Assembly (NCBI GenBank): GCA_965113315.1
Contig: OZ220364.1
Source: Podarcis vaucheri
Taxonomy: Eukaryota
Length of the DNA stretch: 64,000 nucleotides
Reading direction: 5' to 3' (one strand)
The translations under genes were made by a program, and so were the position numbers. Below the pieces are notes generated by a model, which saw nothing but the letters and a program-made list of their open reading frames with translations, did no database searches and was not told where the DNA came from. Shown piece after piece: positions 59,851 to 64,000 of this stretch; the first letter of the stretch is position 1; each line of letters starts with the position of its first letter.

Positions 59851-62800
59851 CTGAAAAATTAAACATGATGTAAATTAGTCTGCTATCCAATGACCCAGAT
59901 ACATCAGTTGAACTCTGGCTTGATTGTTATGTTTACATTCTTTAAGACTCTTCCTCCCTCCTCTATTGTCTAGCTTATGGGTAGGGGTTCCCAACTTTCA
60001 CTAAGCCCTTGGAGAAGCACGGCTTGTGAATACAAACAAATTCTTCAATAAGTATAATAATGCATTTTGAATTCTAGGTTCTGAAAAAACAAGTGTGTTC
60101 AGTGCTAATACACAAAGGATTTGCATGCAGACAATAGTACTATTTCTCTTTTATTAGGTTGCACTAATAGGGTCAGATATAATAAGCAATACTTTGGGGC
60201 ATGCAATTTCCAATATTTTCCTATATGCCACATACATTTTAAGCTGAACTATTAAATGGGAACTAGAAATGAAAGAAAAAATCTACAAAACCAATCAAGC
60301 GTATTCTGTGGTCAACGAACAGTTATTCATGCCTTGTTAAATTCAGAAACAGAGATAAAAACTTCACTGTGAGGACTGATTTCCAATATTAAAATACTTC
60401 TCAAACATATGAGTTGTTATCACTTTCAATTGTATGTTTTCACTGCATGAAATGAAATCAAAGAAATAGTTTAGAAAGTATTATCACTGTAAACTAAGAC
60501 TTTGATGACACGCCTGGTACTCGTTGGCATACATACTATCACTCTAGCACAGAAGGTGGAGCCACACTTAGTGCTGGTGCACAGGACTGGGTCTCTTCAA
60601 ACATACTAGTCCACTTCACAGCAAAGGACAGGCCTAGGCTCTTAGACCAAGGTCATAGATTAGAAATCACAAGGTATAATAGAGAGAACCGCTTGTAAAT
60701 AGCTGCAGGATTGAGGCCTTTCATTCATTTCATATATATGAACAATCAAAAATATGGGTGCTTTAAAAAAAAAGGTAACTATGACGGTAGTTAATAATGA
60801 AGATCACTTACATTTTGTACTATAGCACTGATAGCTATTAAATATAAATTGAATGTTCTGTACTTGTCATATATGATTTGGGACTTTAAAATGATACTTG
60901 ATTGACAGGCCAATCTCCCTCTACAAATAAGCTGGATCTTCTCAAACAGCTGTTACACTGTGCCTCGTCCAGATATAAGTCAGCCCCTAAACTATTAATG
61001 CTGTAGGTTTCGACAATTTTAGTTTTTTAAGACTGATGTGACAAAATTCCACAATTCTAAATTGGGGCAACAATAACTTCCCTGTCTGAAATAAAAAGTA
61101 ATCAATACCATGACCTCAATGAACATTTTAATGTAACTCCAAGATCTGATACCATAATCAGTATTTTAAATGATCAAAACATATCAGAAAGCAATCTCAA
61201 AATCAGAGTGAAAATGTAACCTTATGAAGAAAAACATGGACCTTCACTATAACTGTGCATCCTGGAACAAAAAAACTCCATTCAAATTCAATGGGAAATG
61301 GTTAAGCTTGTATGTTTACCAACATGAACAGACACTGACTGATTTGGTCAGCACTTAGATCTGAGGTCAGAACTAATCTCAAAACTAGTACAAATTTGAA
61401 AGCATCCAAAAAGCCAGCTTCTTTCTATTTGTTTCTTTCATTCTAGTAGCTGAAATACTTGTTTACGCAGTCAGGAATTCAAAAAGCACAAACATTTAAG
61501 TGGGAATCTGTTCTGCAAGTTTGCTTTCACAACAACACTGACTCCATAAATGCTGAAGCTGTCAAGACTCTCCCAGAAAGGCATATGCAAATGTGAGGGT
61601 TAAGAGATGAGAACGCTAAATAAAACAGCTTTATTTAGAGACAAAATCCAAAATTAGGCAATGCATGTGGAAAAGCCTATTACTCTTTTAATTTTCTTCA
61701 CTACGGTATGCTACAAAGTATGTTCCGTCTGATGTGGGAACCTTTAATGCGTTCAGAAAAAGAGCTGAGCAGCGTAAAAAAGAGCATTCTTCATTATTAG
61801 ATAGTGAGTACTCCATGAAACACTAACACTCCAGAACCAAACAGCAGTAGATAATGACAAATAACAACTTCATTTTTTTGCCCAGCGCAGCATATCTTTA
61901 GCAAGCAGCTCTTTCTCTGAGGACGCCATTTTATCAAACCTGAAAGGCAGCCAAAAGCTTAGGACGCTGTGCTGCTGCTGCTGTCTCTGAAACATTATGT
62001 AATAAACTGATTTAGCAGAAGCAGATGCCATTTGCCCCCTTTCCCCCCCCTTGCTGCTCTATAGGGGCCAACGAGTAATGAAATACCTGAGAAAAGGTGC
62101 TGCCCAACCATCCTAGGAGACGCTACATTGTGTGCAGAGCTGTCTCCCCTCCTGCATCTAGGTTCGCCTGGGCTCTCGGCTTCAATATGTCGGCTGTGTA
62201 CAGAGTGAGCCTCATCCTGTAGAGCTGCCAAGAAAATCGCTCAGTGCAAGTGTGCGCCCAGACAACCTGCAAGCTTACTCAGGCCCTAGCTGTGCTGGCT
62301 TTGGAAATGCCCTTTCCACACAGGGAGACTCCTACCCCCACCTCTAGCAGCACACAGCCCCCTTAACTCTGGGTAAGGTATCAACAGATGAGGATTTTAA
62401 AGCTTTGATTATCTAATTGCAGCTGACACTAAACCGATCTTCCTTCCTCTTTAAATTCTTTCAACTGTCACAAAACATTTTCACTTCGAGACCTAGCCAC
62501 AATTAGCACGGTGGCTGCTTTTCTTCTGGTTTTTGAAAGTCAGCCAAAAGAACAGCCGCATATTGCCGATTGGCTGCATGCAAATACATTCCTGCCTCCT
62601 TCATGTTTCCATCCTCTTCTTTCCTCCTCTAAACAGCAGTGCTACACACACTTGGCATACCAGCACTAACTACAATACTGGGGACAAACCTTATATAGAA
62701 CCTGGCAAGCCTCCAGGTGCTTAATTACTTCTCTGCCTTTATCGCGAAAGCTGAAAACATGCAAGTCTATTAAAAATCACAGCTTCTATTTGTGAGCGTA

Positions 62801-64000
62801 CGGCATTGTCACTGCGTGCTCAAACAATACATTATAGGCTGTAAGTGCTTTTCCCTCTCACAATTTCAAAGCGTGGAATGGCAAAGGGAACTCTTTTACT
62901 GTTGCTTAAAGTTCATTGTCAGCCTTCCTAGATTTTGAGAGCAAATCAGGTGATTTACAGCATACAAGCTATGAATTATGGTGCCATCCATCTATCCAGA
63001 CTTTAAGACTATAAAATCAACCACCAATAGGGATTACTACTAATAATATAGTTGTCCTAGCATAGGATAAGTACTCCCAGAAGTAACTAAAATATGCATC
63101 AACTTGCCACAGCGGATCTCATAGGAGAAGAATCAGCTGCAATTATTCAGAAACAAAAAAGTTAAATTGCACACAAAACATTATCTAGCTCCTAAAAATA
63201 TACACATAAAACTGCACCAAGCATATGAAGGAACATAGCCAACACACTGTGAATTTAAGATATATATACACTGTAAATTTAAAAAGAAAGTTTCTAGCCC
63301 ATAAGAGTTATATGCTAGGCTCAAAAATGAGCAGGCATTGCTAATGAAAGTAGCCAGAGGAGCTGTTGAGAAAGGAGAAAGATTTCCAGTGGCCAGAACT
63401 TCAAATGTCCTGCAGACTTCAGCTTGCAAGGGTTCGTTGACCTGCACAGTGGAGTGTCCTCTGTGTTACTGAAAAAAGCGTGTAAAATTTAAAATGCAAA
63501 TGTGCTTAGTCTGCAGGAACTTGTTTGCAAACTTCTACTTCCTGAAGCCTATGTGCATTTAGGTTACTTTAGCACCATTTTTAAATGCAGGGTATACATG
63601 GCTAGCAATCTCGTTGATTAAATGACACTGTATCACTGATGTTTCTTTGCACATTTAGTCACAAGCAGCTGCCACCAATTCCTCAGTCGTTGCAACTGCT
63701 TTACCTTCTCTTAAGGTATTTATATTTTTGGGTTTCAGTATTTCCTTTTTTTTTTTTTGCTCTCATTTTGCAAATTATTGGTTTCTCTTTTCTGTAAAAT
63801 TTATTTTACTTTTAAAAGTATTTCTGTACCACCTTCTCATAATCTAACAGCAATATTAAAAAAATTATAAAACATTAAAAAAGTACAGATCAAATACTGC
63901 ATAGGCCTGTCAGTGTAAGAAAGTCTTCAAGAGAAACCTGAAAGCCTAAAGCAAGGATGCCTGCAGGTGCCCACAGGATGGGCTGGTGACACTGAATATC

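Noticed and set aside
57188-59890. The 900-aa ORF as a single-exon gene
   Set aside because: Its first and last residues are intronic read-through; splice sites at 59851 and 57261 delimit an internal TNRC6C exon.

Overview
Eukaryotic DNA from a squamate, most likely a lacertid lizard (inferred from POM-type Sauria SINEs). The window holds most of TNRC6C, a GW182 paralogue that scaffolds miRNA-mediated silencing, on the minus strand. Eighteen coding exons are visible and splice in consistent phase, from the 2589-nt GW-repeat exon (59850) to the stop codon (10951). They encode the Argonaute-binding region, UBA-like domain, Q-rich region, PAM2 and RRM. A nineteenth exon is almost certainly hidden in the N run at 35027-35174, and the 5'-most exons lie outside the window. 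A roughly 3-kb 3'UTR carries several miRNA seed matches. Introns contain Sauria SINEs, Tc1/mariner-type and hAT MITEs, and CR1/L2 remnants. The most unusual elements are two Penelope-derived fold-back insertions carrying minimal hammerhead-ribozyme cores (one a perfect 110-bp-arm palindrome in a (TA)n tract), a young hAT element carrying a CpG-island-like cargo, and a candidate 21-nt poison micro-exon. Orthologue comparisons are from memory of human TNRC6C; no searches were run.
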